Notes: generated by a model from the sequence alone, not told the origin. Shown: positions 11,019 through 21,247, numbered from the stretch's first letter. The stretch is DNA of 64,000 nucleotides from an uncultured delta proteobacterium (GCA_963816145.1 CAWFJP010000001.1:32001-96000); one strand, 5' to 3'. A program made the numbers and translations.

Positions 11019-11053
11019 TTGCACACCTGCAAGGAACATTCTCACAGATGCAA
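11019..11053. promoter_or_regulatory. Putative tandem upstream activator sites
   Basis: TTGCA-CACC-TGCAA (11019) and TCTCA-CAGA-TGCAA (11040), 21 bp apart. Confidence 0.55.
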
Positions 11054-11136
11054 AAGGGTTTGGCACGGCAACCCGGACTGATGATATTTTCTTAGAGATT
11101 TCTGCGTTGAAACGTGAAAAGCCTATTGCATTCAAT

Positions 11137-11151
11137 TGGCACAAAGCTTGT
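11137..11151 (+). promoter_or_regulatory. Sigma-54 promoter (mlaC operon)
   Basis: TGGCA-CAAAGC-TTGT. Confidence 0.65.
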
Positions 11152-11244
11152 ACTTTAGTGACTTGAGATAAGATGGGCGTGGCGGAGAGGCATCGAGATC
11201 GCAAAGATCCAACGGCGAATTAACCGGTCTGGAGATTTCAGTGA

Positions 11245-11850
11245 ATGATAATGATAGGGAAGCATACAACGATACTCTGTGCGCTAATCGTGACGGTGGG
11301 TTTGGCACATCCTGACGCCACCTGCGCCGGCGTTCCGACCGATCAAGTTCGCGCCACCGTCGATCGCGTGCTCGCGATCCTCAGAGACCCGGCATTGAAT
11401 TCCGTTGGCGCCAAAGCGGCGCGACGCTCGGAGTTGAGCAAAGCAATATTGCCGCGATTCGATTTCGCGGAAATGGCGAAACGTTCATTGGGCGCCGAGT
11501 GGCGCCGCCGGACGCCTGCGGAACAAGAGGAATTCATCCGGCTGTTTACCGAGCTGCTGAAGAATTCCTATGTCGAGTCCATCGAATCCTACCGCGGCGA
11601 GAAGGTTATTTACCGCAGCGAGTCCCAGGACGGCGCTTACGCCGATGTCGGCACCAAAGTCATAAACGATCGAGGCGAAGAATTTACCATCGATTACCGG
11701 CTTAATCTCGAGGGCAGTGAATGGAAAGCTTATGACGTGATCATCGAGAATATCAGTATCGTTAATAACTATCGCTCGCAGTTCGTCCGCATTCTCGGCC
11801 GCTCATCCTTCGCGGAACTGCTGCAATCGATTCGCGACAAGCTTCGTTAA
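11245..11850 (+). CDS. mlaC: MlaC/Ttg2D phospholipid-binding periplasmic protein
   Basis: FDFAEMAKRSLG..W and WKAYDVIIENISIVNNYRSQF motifs. Confidence 0.9.
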   Translation: MIMIGKHTTILCALIVTVGLAHPDATCAGVPTDQVRATVDRVLAILRDPALNSVGAKAARRSELSKAILPRFDFAEMAKRSLGAEWRRRTPAEQEEFIRLFTELLKNSYVESIESYRGEKVIYRSESQDGAYADVGTKVINDRGEEFTIDYRLNLEGSEWKAYDVIIENISIVNNYRSQFVRILGRSSFAELLQSIRDKLR

Positions 11851-11878
11851 GCAAACCAACATTCCACTTGGAGGCCCC

Positions 11879-12391
11879 ATGTATCTACGGACCCTGTTGC
11901 TAATGCTTGCGCTCGGCGCGTTGGCGCTGTTTACCGCAGTCAACTGGAGCGCATTCACCACACCGACGACTCTTTCCGTCATCTTTGCCAGCGTCGAAGC
12001 GCCGCTGGGGTTGGTGTTGCTGGGCATGCTAGTCCTGTTGGCGGCTTTGTTTCTAGTCTATGTGGTCTATTTGCAATCTTCGGTGCTATTAGAGACCCGG
12101 CGCCACACCCGCGAGCTGGACTCCCAGCGCGAACTTGCCGAGCATGCCGAGATCTCACGCCTCCATGATTTGCGCTCGTTCCTCGAATCTCAGCTGCAAA
12201 TCCTCGGCAAGCAAAGCGAACAGTCCAAAGCAGAATTGTCGGCGCGTCTGGACCAGCTTGAAGGCGAGCTGCGTCAGTCCATAGAGCAGTGCCAAAATTC
12301 GCTGGCAGCGTCGCTGGCCGAGCTCGACGACCGGCTTGAACATGGCGCCGGCGAATCCCAACCTCGTAAGCTTCCCGAGCGATCGGTTTGA
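11879..12391 (+). CDS. LapA-like membrane protein with coiled-coil tail
   Basis: Two TM helices, F...NW and APLGLVLL pattern, GGAGG RBS. Confidence 0.7.
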   Translation: MYLRTLLLMLALGALALFTAVNWSAFTTPTTLSVIFASVEAPLGLVLLGMLVLLAALFLVYVVYLQSSVLLETRRHTRELDSQRELAEHAEISRLHDLRSFLESQLQILGKQSEQSKAELSARLDQLEGELRQSIEQCQNSLAASLAELDDRLEHGAGESQPRKLPERSV

Positions 12392-12426
12392 ATCGCTGCT
12401 TTTATTGACGATTGAAAGGAGAACCT

Positions 12427-12999
12427 ATGGTGACCAAGGAAGATTTTAAGGAAAAGATCGAGGAGCAGCTAGCCAAATGGAACAACAGCATCGACGGCTT
12501 GAAAGTAAAATTTGCCGACGCGGAAGTGGACGCTAAAGCAAAGCTGCAAGATCAACTGAAGTCGCTTCATGACAAACGCGTCAAAGCGGAAAAAATTCTC
12601 GAAGAAATTTCCGTGACCAGCCAGGAGGTTTGGGAGCAGGTCAGGTCTGGCGCTGAACAAAGCTGGAGCGACCTGACCCGGACGGCAAAAAGTACCATGG
12701 ACAAAATGCGTAAAGCGATGGCCAAGCCCAACCGCGATGAAGAGATTCGCCTGATCGCTTATAAACTCTGGCTCAATGAAGGTTGTCCCGACGGACGCCA
12801 GTCGGAACATTGGCTGAAAGCCGAGTCCATTTGGCATGCGCGGCAAGACCAAACCACGCGGCCGGTTGAGCAAACGCCGGCTAAAGCCAAACGGCCAGGT
12901 AAAAAATCTGCCGCTCCGGCCGCCAGCAAAAGCCGGACGACAAAACCCAAAGCCGTTGCCAAGAATGAGCGTCCGGCGCGGGATGAAAAAACCCCCTAG
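12427..12999 (+). CDS. Coiled-coil protein fused to DUF2934 domain with basic tail
   Basis: EEIRLIAYKLWLNEGCPDGRQSEHWLKAE matches the DUF2934 pattern; AAGGAG RBS. Confidence 0.75.
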   Translation: MVTKEDFKEKIEEQLAKWNNSIDGLKVKFADAEVDAKAKLQDQLKSLHDKRVKAEKILEEISVTSQEVWEQVRSGAEQSWSDLTRTAKSTMDKMRKAMAKPNRDEEIRLIAYKLWLNEGCPDGRQSEHWLKAESIWHARQDQTTRPVEQTPAKAKRPGKKSAAPAASKSRTTKPKAVAKNERPARDEKTP

Positions 13000-13025
13000 C
13001 CAGCAGCCCGCATTGGCGGTCGGTG

Positions 13026-13685
13026 ATGAGACGACGCGTAACGGTAATCGCTCTGTTGTTGATCCTCAGCCCGTCTGGCTGTGCCTGGATCCGTCAAAAC
13101 CGCTTGGCCGATTCCCGCGCTGAAGGACGTGTCGAGAACAACATCTACACCAGCCCGCGCCAATCCTTTCGGATTCGCCTTCCCTGGCTTTCATCCGACA
13201 GCACATTGCGTGACGAGCGACCCACGCCTAACACGATATTCGTGACCATCGAGGATAACCTGTGCCGTGAATTTCTTGTTTCCGAGCGGCCTGGTTTCCT
13301 GGGAAAGGAGTCGCTCCAATCATGGGTCGATGTGCATATCGTTGAGGATCTCAAGCGGCTGGGTCTTGAAGTACAGAGAAAGCCACTAACGACGCGCAAC
13401 GGCACGGCGATAGCGCTGCGCTATCGGGCACCCGCCGCTGCTCCTTGTAGCCAAACGACGGTAGCAGAGGGCAAACCGGTTGTCCGCAAGCTCGATGCCG
13501 ACGTCGGTTGGCATGTCTATCACCGCGATGGCGTGTTCTACCGGCTGATTTACATCGTCGGCATCGGCCCGGACGCGCCGAGCCTTTGGTATATCAATCG
13601 CGAGCCCGTCGATGCAGTGCTGGCCCAGTTCGCCGAGGGCTTCGAAATTCTTGACGTGAAAGAGCGTCAAGGTTTGCCAGAATAA
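13026..13685 (+). CDS. Hypothetical lipoprotein
   Basis: Signal peptide ending PSGC; about 220 aa. Confidence 0.6.
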   Translation: MRRRVTVIALLLILSPSGCAWIRQNRLADSRAEGRVENNIYTSPRQSFRIRLPWLSSDSTLRDERPTPNTIFVTIEDNLCREFLVSERPGFLGKESLQSWVDVHIVEDLKRLGLEVQRKPLTTRNGTAIALRYRAPAAAPCSQTTVAEGKPVVRKLDADVGWHVYHRDGVFYRLIYIVGIGPDAPSLWYINREPVDAVLAQFAEGFEILDVKERQGLPE

Positions 13686-13750
13686 AATGATCGAACAACG
13701 GCGCAACAAGTAGCCATTGAACAAGAGTTCGCGCTGGATTTTCAGGCGCG

Positions 13751-14080
13751 TCAATCGTTGTGCGAGGCGGCCGGATTACGCCAGCCGCCGATATCGGCAG
13801 CGATGGCTTCCGCTTCCCGCGGTCCCCAGCTGCCGGTTTCGTACTCATGAACAGGCGTTCTATTGCCGAGAATCGGATCGATGGCGCCGTGATCCTCCAG
13901 GCTTTGGCGCGCCCGCTGCCGCAGTTGATCGAGATTCCAGCCGGATTTGGCAACACCCACAACCGGCAAATCAAGCAGTCCCCGCTTGGCTAACGCTTGT
14001 AGTGCAGGAAAAATCTGTTTGTCGGCGAGATCACCGGTGGCGCCGAAAAAAACCAGCGCGTCTGATTTGCTTTCGTTCAT
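13751..14080 (-). pseudogene. zwf: Glucose-6-phosphate dehydrogenase with large in-frame internal deletion
   Basis: N-terminal FFGATGDLA NADP motif joined directly to C-terminal PVHEYETGSWGP..A...GGW.NP; only 109 aa. Confidence 0.85.
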
Positions 14081-14123
14081 ATTAAATTGGTTTGGCGATG
14101 GGACCTATAGTGCCTTACGATCA

Positions 14124-14138
14124 GCAACAACTGTACCG
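14124..14138 (-). promoter_or_regulatory. Sigma-54 promoter (zwf remnant)
   Basis: CGGTA-CAGTTG-TTGC. Confidence 0.6.
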
Positions 14139-14319
14139 TAAAAATACTTAACACGGGCTGCAAGGGATTGGCACGGCATTATTAAAAGCAACAGCAGCTC
14201 GAGCGCGGGTTGTTATTGTTGCAATGTTGTGGCGGCGAAAAGTTCTCACCAAGCCACGCATTATTGCCACATTGTCCCGTGGCGAAATTGCTATCGCCGA
14301 AAGAATCGCGCGAGGCGCT

Positions 14320-14364
14320 TTGCGTAACCGAAACTTTCCCGCCCGGTGTTTCGCAAGTGTGACA
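14320..14364. promoter_or_regulatory. Putative tandem upstream activator sites
   Basis: TTGCG-TAAC-CGAAA (14320) and TCGCA-AGTG-TGACA (14351), 31 bp apart. Confidence 0.55.
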
Positions 14365-14405
14365 AAATCGTTGCCTGGCCGCAGCGATAAACCGGCGATT
14401 ATTAC

Positions 14406-14420
14406 TGGCACCTGGATTGC
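14406..14420 (+). promoter_or_regulatory. Sigma-54 promoter (glgP)
   Basis: TGGCA-CCTGGA-TTGC. Confidence 0.8.
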
Positions 14421-14481
14421 TTTTTTGTCGAGGGATCACAATCCATGACAAGTTCGCAGTCACATCGGCATAGCTCCGGTA

Positions 14482-14613
14482 GAGACTGTGTCGCAACTGT
14501 CATTTCGAGGTGAAGCCGAGAAATCTCTTCTTCGTATGTGGCTGAAAACACGAGATCCCTCGCTGCGCTCGGGATGACAAATGTGGGGCATTTGCGCATT
14601 ACGACACAGCCTC
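14482..14613. mobile_element. 132-bp MITE, copy 1 (IS5/IS1031-like ends) carrying a REP-like doublet
   Basis: TIRs GAGACTGTGTCG/CGACACAGCCTC, 3-bp target duplication GTA; inverted copy at 61501-61632. Confidence 0.85.
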
Positions 14614-14651
14614 GTAGCGGGGAGAAGAACCGCTCGGGCAGCAGCAAGAAA

Positions 14652-17213
14652 TTGAATACGGAAAAAAGATTAGCCGATGGCAGATTTTTGCTCGGTGCCC
14701 GCAGCCTCTATCCGCTTGACGACATCGAAGGTCTCGACTCCTTGACGGAGCTCGCGCTGGACTTGCGCTGGTCTTGGAATCACGCGGCGGATGAATTGTG
14801 GCAACAACTCGATCCTGGCCTTTGGCAGGCGACCCGCAATCCTTGGCTGATCCTGCAAACGATTGCCCGAGACCGGCTGAAAAGCCTACTGGCCGACAGC
14901 GCCTTCAAGCACCGTGTTGACATTCTCGATCGCGAGCGGCGCGACTCACTCGCAGCGTCTTCCTGGTTTCAAGAAGCTTTTCCGCGGGCGCCGCTCACCT
15001 GTGTTGCCTACTTCAGCATGGAGTTCATGTTGAGCGAGGCGCTGCCGATTTACTCCGGCGGCTTGGGCAATGTCGCCGGCGATCAGCTCAAGGCGGCAAG
15101 CGATCTTGGCGTGCCGGTGATCGCCATCGGCTTGCTCTATCAGCAAGGCTATTTTCGCCAAGTAATCGACCACGACGGCGCGCAGCAAGCGCTCTACCCT
15201 TACAACGATCCAGGCCAGCTGCCGCTGACGCCGCTGCGCGAGGCCAACGGCGAATGGCTGCGCATCGAGCTATCCTTTCCGGGCTACAGCGTCTGGCTGC
15301 GCTGCTGGCAGGTTCAGGTCGGTCGTACCCATCTCTACCTGCTTGACAGCAATGACCCGGTAAATATTCCGGCGCACCGCGGCATCACCAGCGAGCTTTA
15401 CGGCGGCGGCCCTGAGTTGCGCCTGCAGCAGGAGTTGATTCTCGGCATCGGCGGCTGGCGGCTGTTGCGCGCCCTCGGCATCAAACCCGAAGTTTGTCAC
15501 CTCAACGAGGGGCATGCGGCGTTTGCAGTGGTCGAACGGGCGCGAGATTACATGGACGAGAGCCGACAGTCTTTCGAAATCGCGTTGACGGTTACGCGAG
15601 CGGGCAATCTTTTCACCACCCATACCCCGGTCGAGGCCGGATTCGATCGCTTCACGCCTAAGCTGGTCGAGCGTTACTTGCGCGGCTACAGCGAGGAGAA
15701 GCTGCAAATTCCGTTCGACGCATTGCTCGCCCTTGGCCGCCGGGACAGCAGGGATCGCGCCGAGCTTTTCAACATGGCCTACCTGGCCACGCGCGGCAGC
15801 GGCGCCGTCAACGGCGTCAGTCGGCTTCACGGCGCGGTCAGCCGGCGCATCTTTCAACCCCTCTATCCGCGCTGGCCGCAGGCCGAAGTGCCGATCAAGC
15901 ATGTCACCAACGGCGTGCACACGCCGAGTTGGGACTCGGCCGAGGCGGACGAATTCTGGACCGCTCGCTGCGGCAAGGACCGTTGGATAGGCGCCACCGA
16001 AGCGCTAGCGCAGGCCATCCGATGCGCCGCCGACGCCGACCTCTGGCAACTGCGCGCAGCGGTCAGAAAATCGCTCGTAGCGTATGTGCGCGACCGGCTT
16101 GCGCTCCAATTGATCGCTTCGGGCACGCCACCGGAACACCTGGCGGTGGTCCAACAGATTTTCGATCCGGACACGCTGACCCTCGGTTTTGCCCGCCGCT
16201 TCGCCACCTACAAACGGCCGAACCTATTGCTGCACGATCCCGACCGATTGCTGCGCATCCTGACCCATCCGACCCGTCCGGTGCAATTGGTCATTGCCGG
16301 CAAGGCGCATCCCGCGGACGGGCCGGGACAGCGGATGATCCAAGACTGGACCCGTTTTATCCGTCGTACCCAAGCGCGTAAATACGTCGCTCTTTTGAGC
16401 GATTACGACATGCTGATGGCCGAGCGTCTGGTCCAAGGAGTGGATGTCTGGATCAACACGCCGCGACGGCCCTGGGAAGCCAGCGGCACGAGCGGCATGA
16501 AAGTGCTGGTCAACGGCGGTCTTAATTTATCCGAGCTCGATGGCTGGTGGGCCGAGGCGTACGCGCCCGAGCTGGGTTGGGCCATCGGTGACGGCCAAGA
16601 GCATGGCGACGACCCTAGTTGGGACGCAGCCGAAGCCGAAACGCTCTATGCGCTGTTGGAGCAGCAAATCGTGCCGGAATTCTATAGCCGCAACGACCGT
16701 GGCATACCGATCGCATGGGTAGCTCGAACGCGCGAGAGCATGGCCCGGCTCACGCCCTATTTTTCCGCCAATCGAACCGTGCGCGAATACACCGAGAAGA
16801 ACTATTTGCCGGCCGCTGAAGCGTATCGCCGGCGCTCGGCCGATGGCGCTGCTCTGGGAAGTGAGCTGGTTCGGTGGCGCAACGCCATCGAACAACACTG
16901 GTCCAAAATACGCTTCGGCGAGCTCACTGTGAAAACTGAACCGCCATGGCATGATTTTCAGGTGCAGGTTTATCTCGACGACCTCGATCCGGAAGCGATT
17001 CAGGTGGAGCTTTATGCCGAAGCCGAAAACGGCCGCGAGGCGGCGGGTCAAAAAATGGCGCGCAGCGCACAACTCGTGGCGGCGCGCGGCTTCAGTTATA
17101 GCGCTCGCGTGTCGGCGTCGCGTCCCACGACCGACTACACGCCCCGGGTCGTGCCGTTTCATCCCGCCGCCCAAGTTCCCTTGGAACAACCTGCTATCCT
17201 TTGGCAACGGTAA
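14652..17213 (+). CDS. glgP: Alpha-glucan (glycogen) phosphorylase; start codon uncertain
   Basis: AYFSMEF, YSGGLG, HLNEGH, ARRFATYKR and the PLP motif EASGTSGMK. Confidence 0.95.
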   Translation: MNTEKRLADGRFLLGARSLYPLDDIEGLDSLTELALDLRWSWNHAADELWQQLDPGLWQATRNPWLILQTIARDRLKSLLADSAFKHRVDILDRERRDSLAASSWFQEAFPRAPLTCVAYFSMEFMLSEALPIYSGGLGNVAGDQLKAASDLGVPVIAIGLLYQQGYFRQVIDHDGAQQALYPYNDPGQLPLTPLREANGEWLRIELSFPGYSVWLRCWQVQVGRTHLYLLDSNDPVNIPAHRGITSELYGGGPELRLQQELILGIGGWRLLRALGIKPEVCHLNEGHAAFAVVERARDYMDESRQSFEIALTVTRAGNLFTTHTPVEAGFDRFTPKLVERYLRGYSEEKLQIPFDALLALGRRDSRDRAELFNMAYLATRGSGAVNGVSRLHGAVSRRIFQPLYPRWPQAEVPIKHVTNGVHTPSWDSAEADEFWTARCGKDRWIGATEALAQAIRCAADADLWQLRAAVRKSLVAYVRDRLALQLIASGTPPEHLAVVQQIFDPDTLTLGFARRFATYKRPNLLLHDPDRLLRILTHPTRPVQLVIAGKAHPADGPGQRMIQDWTRFIRRTQARKYVALLSDYDMLMAERLVQGVDVWINTPRRPWEASGTSGMKVLVNGGLNLSELDGWWAEAYAPELGWAIGDGQEHGDDPSWDAAEAETLYALLEQQIVPEFYSRNDRGIPIAWVARTRESMARLTPYFSANRTVREYTEKNYLPAAEAYRRRSADGAALGSELVRWRNAIEQHWSKIRFGELTVKTEPPWHDFQVQVYLDDLDPEAIQVELYAEAENGREAAGQKMARSAQLVAARGFSYSARVSASRPTTDYTPRVVPFHPAAQVPLEQPAILWQR

Positions 17214-17617
17214 GGTGATCGCCCCCACTGTAACCACCGGCAGCTCCACCAAACTCATCTCACCGATTTTCCGTTCCGCCATGTATCGACACAACATAAC
17301 GAAACCTCACCTCTAGGGGACGAGTTCCCCTATATTATGTTTGGATGTGGCAACCCACGTAATGCTGTTCGACGTGGCTACGCAGACATACGTTTATGAT
17401 AGGGTGTTTGTGTACTCAGGCGCCCAATTAGAATTGCAGCCGTATGAATTGCTCGTACCGTCGTCAACGACACCAGCGTCGGCCCGCGATCTGGAGGCCT
17501 ACTGCAGCGAAGGCGGCGGTGAAATACTGCGCGGAGACCTTTCAAACGCGCTAGATGCGACTGTCAATGGAATGCTTCAGGATTTGGGCTCGCGGATTGA
17601 TTGACCATCACGGGACC

Positions 17618-18535
17618 GTGCTGGCATACTCGGCTTTGTTTCGGTATTTGCGAGACATAGTTTCATTGGTTTGTCTGTTTAGCGCATGGTTCGCATCTGT
17701 CGCGGCCCACGCGCAGACGGACGGCAAAGAGCTGGTCGCGAAGGGACAGTATATTTTCTCCGTCGCCGGTGGATGCGCTTGTCACAGCGATCCGAAGGGG
17801 ACGCAGCACGCGGGGGGAAGAGCCTTTCCGATTCCCTTCGGCACCGTGTACAGCACCAACCTGACTGCGGACAAAGAGACTGGACTGGGCAGTTGGACGG
17901 ATCAACAGATCGCCGACGCCATCACCAAGGGAATTCGCCGCGACGGCAGTCGAATCATTCCGGTGATGCCCTTTGGGCTCTATTCGGGCATGGCCCAGGA
18001 GGATCTGCAGGCGCTGATCGCTTTCCTGCGCACGCTCAAGGCGGTGCGAAAGCCGACGCCCGAATTGCAGGCTTCCATTCCCCTGCTTCGAAGCGTTGCC
18101 ACCGAAGGATGGCTGAAGGCCTTTGGCCAGTTTTTTACGCCACCGGCAACGGCGCCGAAGGGCGGACTCGAACGAGGCAAGTACCTCACGGAGCACGTCG
18201 CGATCTGCGGCGACTGCCATACGCCGAGAAGCTCCATCGGCGTCCCGAACCGGGCGCTTTATCTGGCCGGCGCGAGCAAGGAGATCGGCCCACTGGGTGA
18301 GCTCGTTCCCAACATCACGCCGGACAAAGACACCGGCATTGGCAGTTGGACGCGCGACGATATCGCCGAGTTGCTTCGCAAAGGCACCAAGCCGGACTTG
18401 GATTACGTGCGCGGCCTGATGTTCGACGTCATCGAAGGCACATCGCACGGCTACCGCAACATGAGCCGAGAAGACGCCCTGGCGATCGCCGATTACCTCA
18501 AGTCAATCCCTGCGCTCAAACATAAAATCAAATAA
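17618..18535 (+). CDS. Di-heme c-type cytochrome (dehydrogenase cytochrome subunit-like); start uncertain
   Basis: Two heme motifs (GCACH, CGDCHTPR) and repeated N(L/I)T.D..TG.G.W.D motifs. Confidence 0.85.
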   Translation: MLAYSALFRYLRDIVSLVCLFSAWFASVAAHAQTDGKELVAKGQYIFSVAGGCACHSDPKGTQHAGGRAFPIPFGTVYSTNLTADKETGLGSWTDQQIADAITKGIRRDGSRIIPVMPFGLYSGMAQEDLQALIAFLRTLKAVRKPTPELQASIPLLRSVATEGWLKAFGQFFTPPATAPKGGLERGKYLTEHVAICGDCHTPRSSIGVPNRALYLAGASKEIGPLGELVPNITPDKDTGIGSWTRDDIAELLRKGTKPDLDYVRGLMFDVIEGTSHGYRNMSREDALAIADYLKSIPALKHKIK

Positions 18536-18606
18536 GATTTCCCACGAAAACGCGCAGACCCGTATTTGGGGTTCGCGCGACCGCGCCGGCGGGCCTCTCG
18601 CGGAAA

Positions 18607-18810
18607 CTACGCCGCTAGCCGATCCCCGCGGTGGTTAAGCTTTCGATAGGATTTCAGGCGCAGCGCCGGTTCGTATTCACGAACGTGATCTAAACGGGAT
18701 TGAAACCACGTGCCTTTTGGCCACGGCCAAATTGTCTGTGGCAGATCATCCTCATCGTAGCAGCCGTCGTTTACCGGACTCTGTAAAAACACCGACTCCC
18801 AAGCGTTCAT
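18607..18810 (-). CDS. Small uncharacterised protein, 67 aa (MNAWESVFLQSPVNDGCY family, copy 2)
   Basis: AAGGAGG RBS, own sigma-54 motif, paralog at 2592-2798. Confidence 0.8.
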   Translation of the reverse strand: MNAWESVFLQSPVNDGCYDEDDLPQTIWPWPKGTWFQSRLDHVREYEPALRLKSYRKLNHRGDRLAA

Positions 18811-18902
18811 GCGAATTAACCTCCTTCAAGTCCCGTAACTCAAGTGGGAGAGCTAGCACCCCGAGTTGCTGTGTTGATCGATGCGATTGCCAATGAGTAT
18901 CC

Positions 18903-18917
18903 GCAAACGTGATGCCA
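18903..18917 (-). promoter_or_regulatory. Sigma-54 promoter
   Basis: TGGCA-TCACGT-TTGC. Confidence 0.8.
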
Positions 18918-18988
18918 GCGAGATCGACGGACTCGATCGCTCGGGTAATGGATTTTCGTGTGACTTTTGACCAAAGCTTATTTTCCAT

Positions 18989-19033
18989 TCTCAATCTTGC
19001 CATCAACCGTAGCTTTGCTTCTCACTATCGAAA
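18989..19033. promoter_or_regulatory. Putative tandem upstream activator sites
   Basis: TCTCA-ATCT-TGCCA (18989) and TCTCA-CTAT-CGAAA (19020), 31 bp apart. Confidence 0.6.
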
Positions 19034-19163
19034 AAATCTACCTACCGATTAACCGGATTTAGGTAGGCTAAGCCGGCTGCGTAAGCACGGTAATTTCGCT
19101 AAGATCGAGAGAATCGCTGGGAGATTGGGCGCATGAACGAGTTGCTAAGCGCCGGAGACTGCC

Positions 19164-20319
19164 GTGACCCATAGAACCCATTTCGACATCATCGTGTCGC
19201 TGCTGCTGGCAAGCTTGTTGTTTGTCGGCGCCACCCGGTCAATGGCGGCCGAGCCAGCGCCGGCCGAGGAACTGCAAGTTTTTGTCCGTCCCGGTTGTCC
19301 CTATTGCGAAGCCGCCAAACGATTCTTGCCTGAGCTGCAGCGCTCCCGGCCCACGCTGCGGATTCGGATTCGCGACATAAGCGAAGATCGCCAAGCACTG
19401 GCGGATCTGCAAAATCTCGCCGATCGATTCGGCATGCGTCCCATCGGCGTGCCGGCGTTTTACTCTGCGCGGTAAGTTGATCATTGGTTTCGACAGCGGC
19501 GAAACCACCGGGCGGGAGCTGGCAGCGCTGCTCGATCAACCGGCAGCGCCGGGGATCACCGACGGCCCCGCCCCTGCTATTCAGTTGCCCCTGCTTGGCC
19601 CAGTCGACCTGCGCCGTTTGGGGCTGCCGCTGTTCACCATCGTCTTGGGTCTGCTCGACGGCTTCAATCCCTGCGCCATGTGGCTGTTGCTGTTTCTCTT
19701 GTCGATGCTGATCAATCTGCGCGATCGCAAGAAAATGTTTTTGATCGGCGGCGTTTTTGTCGCCGTCAGCGGCTTAGTCTACTTTGCCTTCATGGCCGCC
19801 TGGCTCAACATTTTTTTCTTGATCGGCATGTCACGCTTGACGCAACTATTACTCGGCGCCATCGCCCTGCTGGTCGGCAGCCTCAATGTCAAGGACTATT
19901 TCGCTTTCGGCGCCGGGCTTTCAGTCGGAATTCCCGAACGGGCCAAACCGCGCATCTATCGCCAAGTGCGCCAAATCATTCGCGCCGAGAACTTGACCGG
20001 AGCGCTGGCGGCGGTGAGCCTGCTCGCGCTGCTGGTCAATACCGTCGAACTGCTCTGTACCGCCGGCATTCCGGCGATCTACACCAGAGTGCTGACCGAG
20101 CAGGCTCTGCCCGGCTGGGCGTACTACGGCTACTTGGCTCTGTACAATCTCGCTTATATGGCCGACGACAGTTTGATGCTGGCGATCGCCGTGGTGACTC
20201 TCAGCGGGCGGAAACTCCAAGAACGCGGTGGCCGCTGGTTAAAGCTGGTAAGCGGCATGGTGATGCTGGCACTCGGTTTAATTCTGCTGCTCCGACCCGA
20301 GTGGCTGGGGAAGTTATAG
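19164..20319 (+). pseudogene. Glutaredoxin fused to DsbD/CcdA-like membrane domain, split by a frameshift near 19464
   Basis: CPYC redoxin ORF followed by a DGFNPCA...ELLCTAG membrane ORF; removing one base restores Y-L-R-G-K-L-I continuity; may be a sequencing error. Confidence 0.75.
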
Positions 20320-20385
20320 TGATATTACCGATGGGGGTGGCGCTCGCTGACGAGGGCGCTAAGGCGACCAGCGCCGGAGGTTAGC

Positions 20386-21126
20386 ATGTCTACCCTGTTT
20401 TGGATCATTGCCGGCGGCTTGCTAATGAGCGCCATTGCGTTAGTCGGCAGTGTCACACTCTTTTTGAACGAAGCAACGCTCAAAAAGTTACTCCTGCCGC
20501 TGGTCGCCCTGGCGGCGGGCTCCCTGCTCGGCGGCGCTCTCCTTCACATGATTCCCGCCGCCGTCGAAAAGGGCGGCAACCATTTGTCGGTTTATCTCTG
20601 GACTCTGCTCGGCTTCACGCTGTTCCTGGCTCTCGAACAGTTTCTGCACTGGCACCACTGCCACCGGACACCAAGCGAGCACCAGCCCTTGACCTATTTA
20701 ATCTTAATCGCGGACGGCGTGCATAATTTCATCGGCGGCCTCGCCGTCGCCGGAGCTTTTCTGATTGACGTCAGAGTCGGCATCAGCACTTGGCTCGCCG
20801 CCGCCGCCCATGAAGTGCCGCAAGAGCTGGGAGACTTCGGCATTCTCATCCACGGTGGTTGGAAGAAAGGCCCGGCACTGCTCTACAACTTCCTTTCAGC
20901 CCTGACTTTCCTGGTCGGCGGCATCGTCGCTTATGGCGCCTCGTTCACCTTTGATATGACTTTTCTGCTGCCCTTCGCCGCCGGCAACTTCATCTATATC
21001 GCTGCCGCCGATCTGATACCGGAAATCAAGCATGAAGAAAACGCCGGGCTTAACCTCGTCCACTTTTTGTCGTTCCTGATTGGGCTTGGGCTGCTCTGGC
21101 TGGTGCGATTCGTGTTCGAGGATTGA
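20386..21126 (+). CDS. ZIP family metal transporter
   Basis: DGVHNFIGG and HEVPQELGDFG motifs; HWHHCH loop. Confidence 0.9.
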   Translation: MSTLFWIIAGGLLMSAIALVGSVTLFLNEATLKKLLLPLVALAAGSLLGGALLHMIPAAVEKGGNHLSVYLWTLLGFTLFLALEQFLHWHHCHRTPSEHQPLTYLILIADGVHNFIGGLAVAGAFLIDVRVGISTWLAAAAHEVPQELGDFGILIHGGWKKGPALLYNFLSALTFLVGGIVAYGASFTFDMTFLLPFAAGNFIYIAAADLIPEIKHEENAGLNLVHFLSFLIGLGLLWLVRFVFED

Positions 21127-21247
21127 AGCGTCTGGGCATCCGCTTTGTTCTCATGTTGATCACGCCGCGCGCCGACCCGCCACGGTTTTGATGTTGTTGG
21201 GTTTCTTTTAGCTCATGTGATTGAACGCGCTGCCACGTCAACATGAT

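Noticed and set aside
14538-14651. N-terminal extension of GlgP in the ORF track
   Set aside because: It is read through the MITE and is not phosphorylase sequence.
17341-17604. 87-aa ORF after glgP
   Set aside because: No RBS or recognisable motif; may be a C-terminal gene fragment but cannot be supported.
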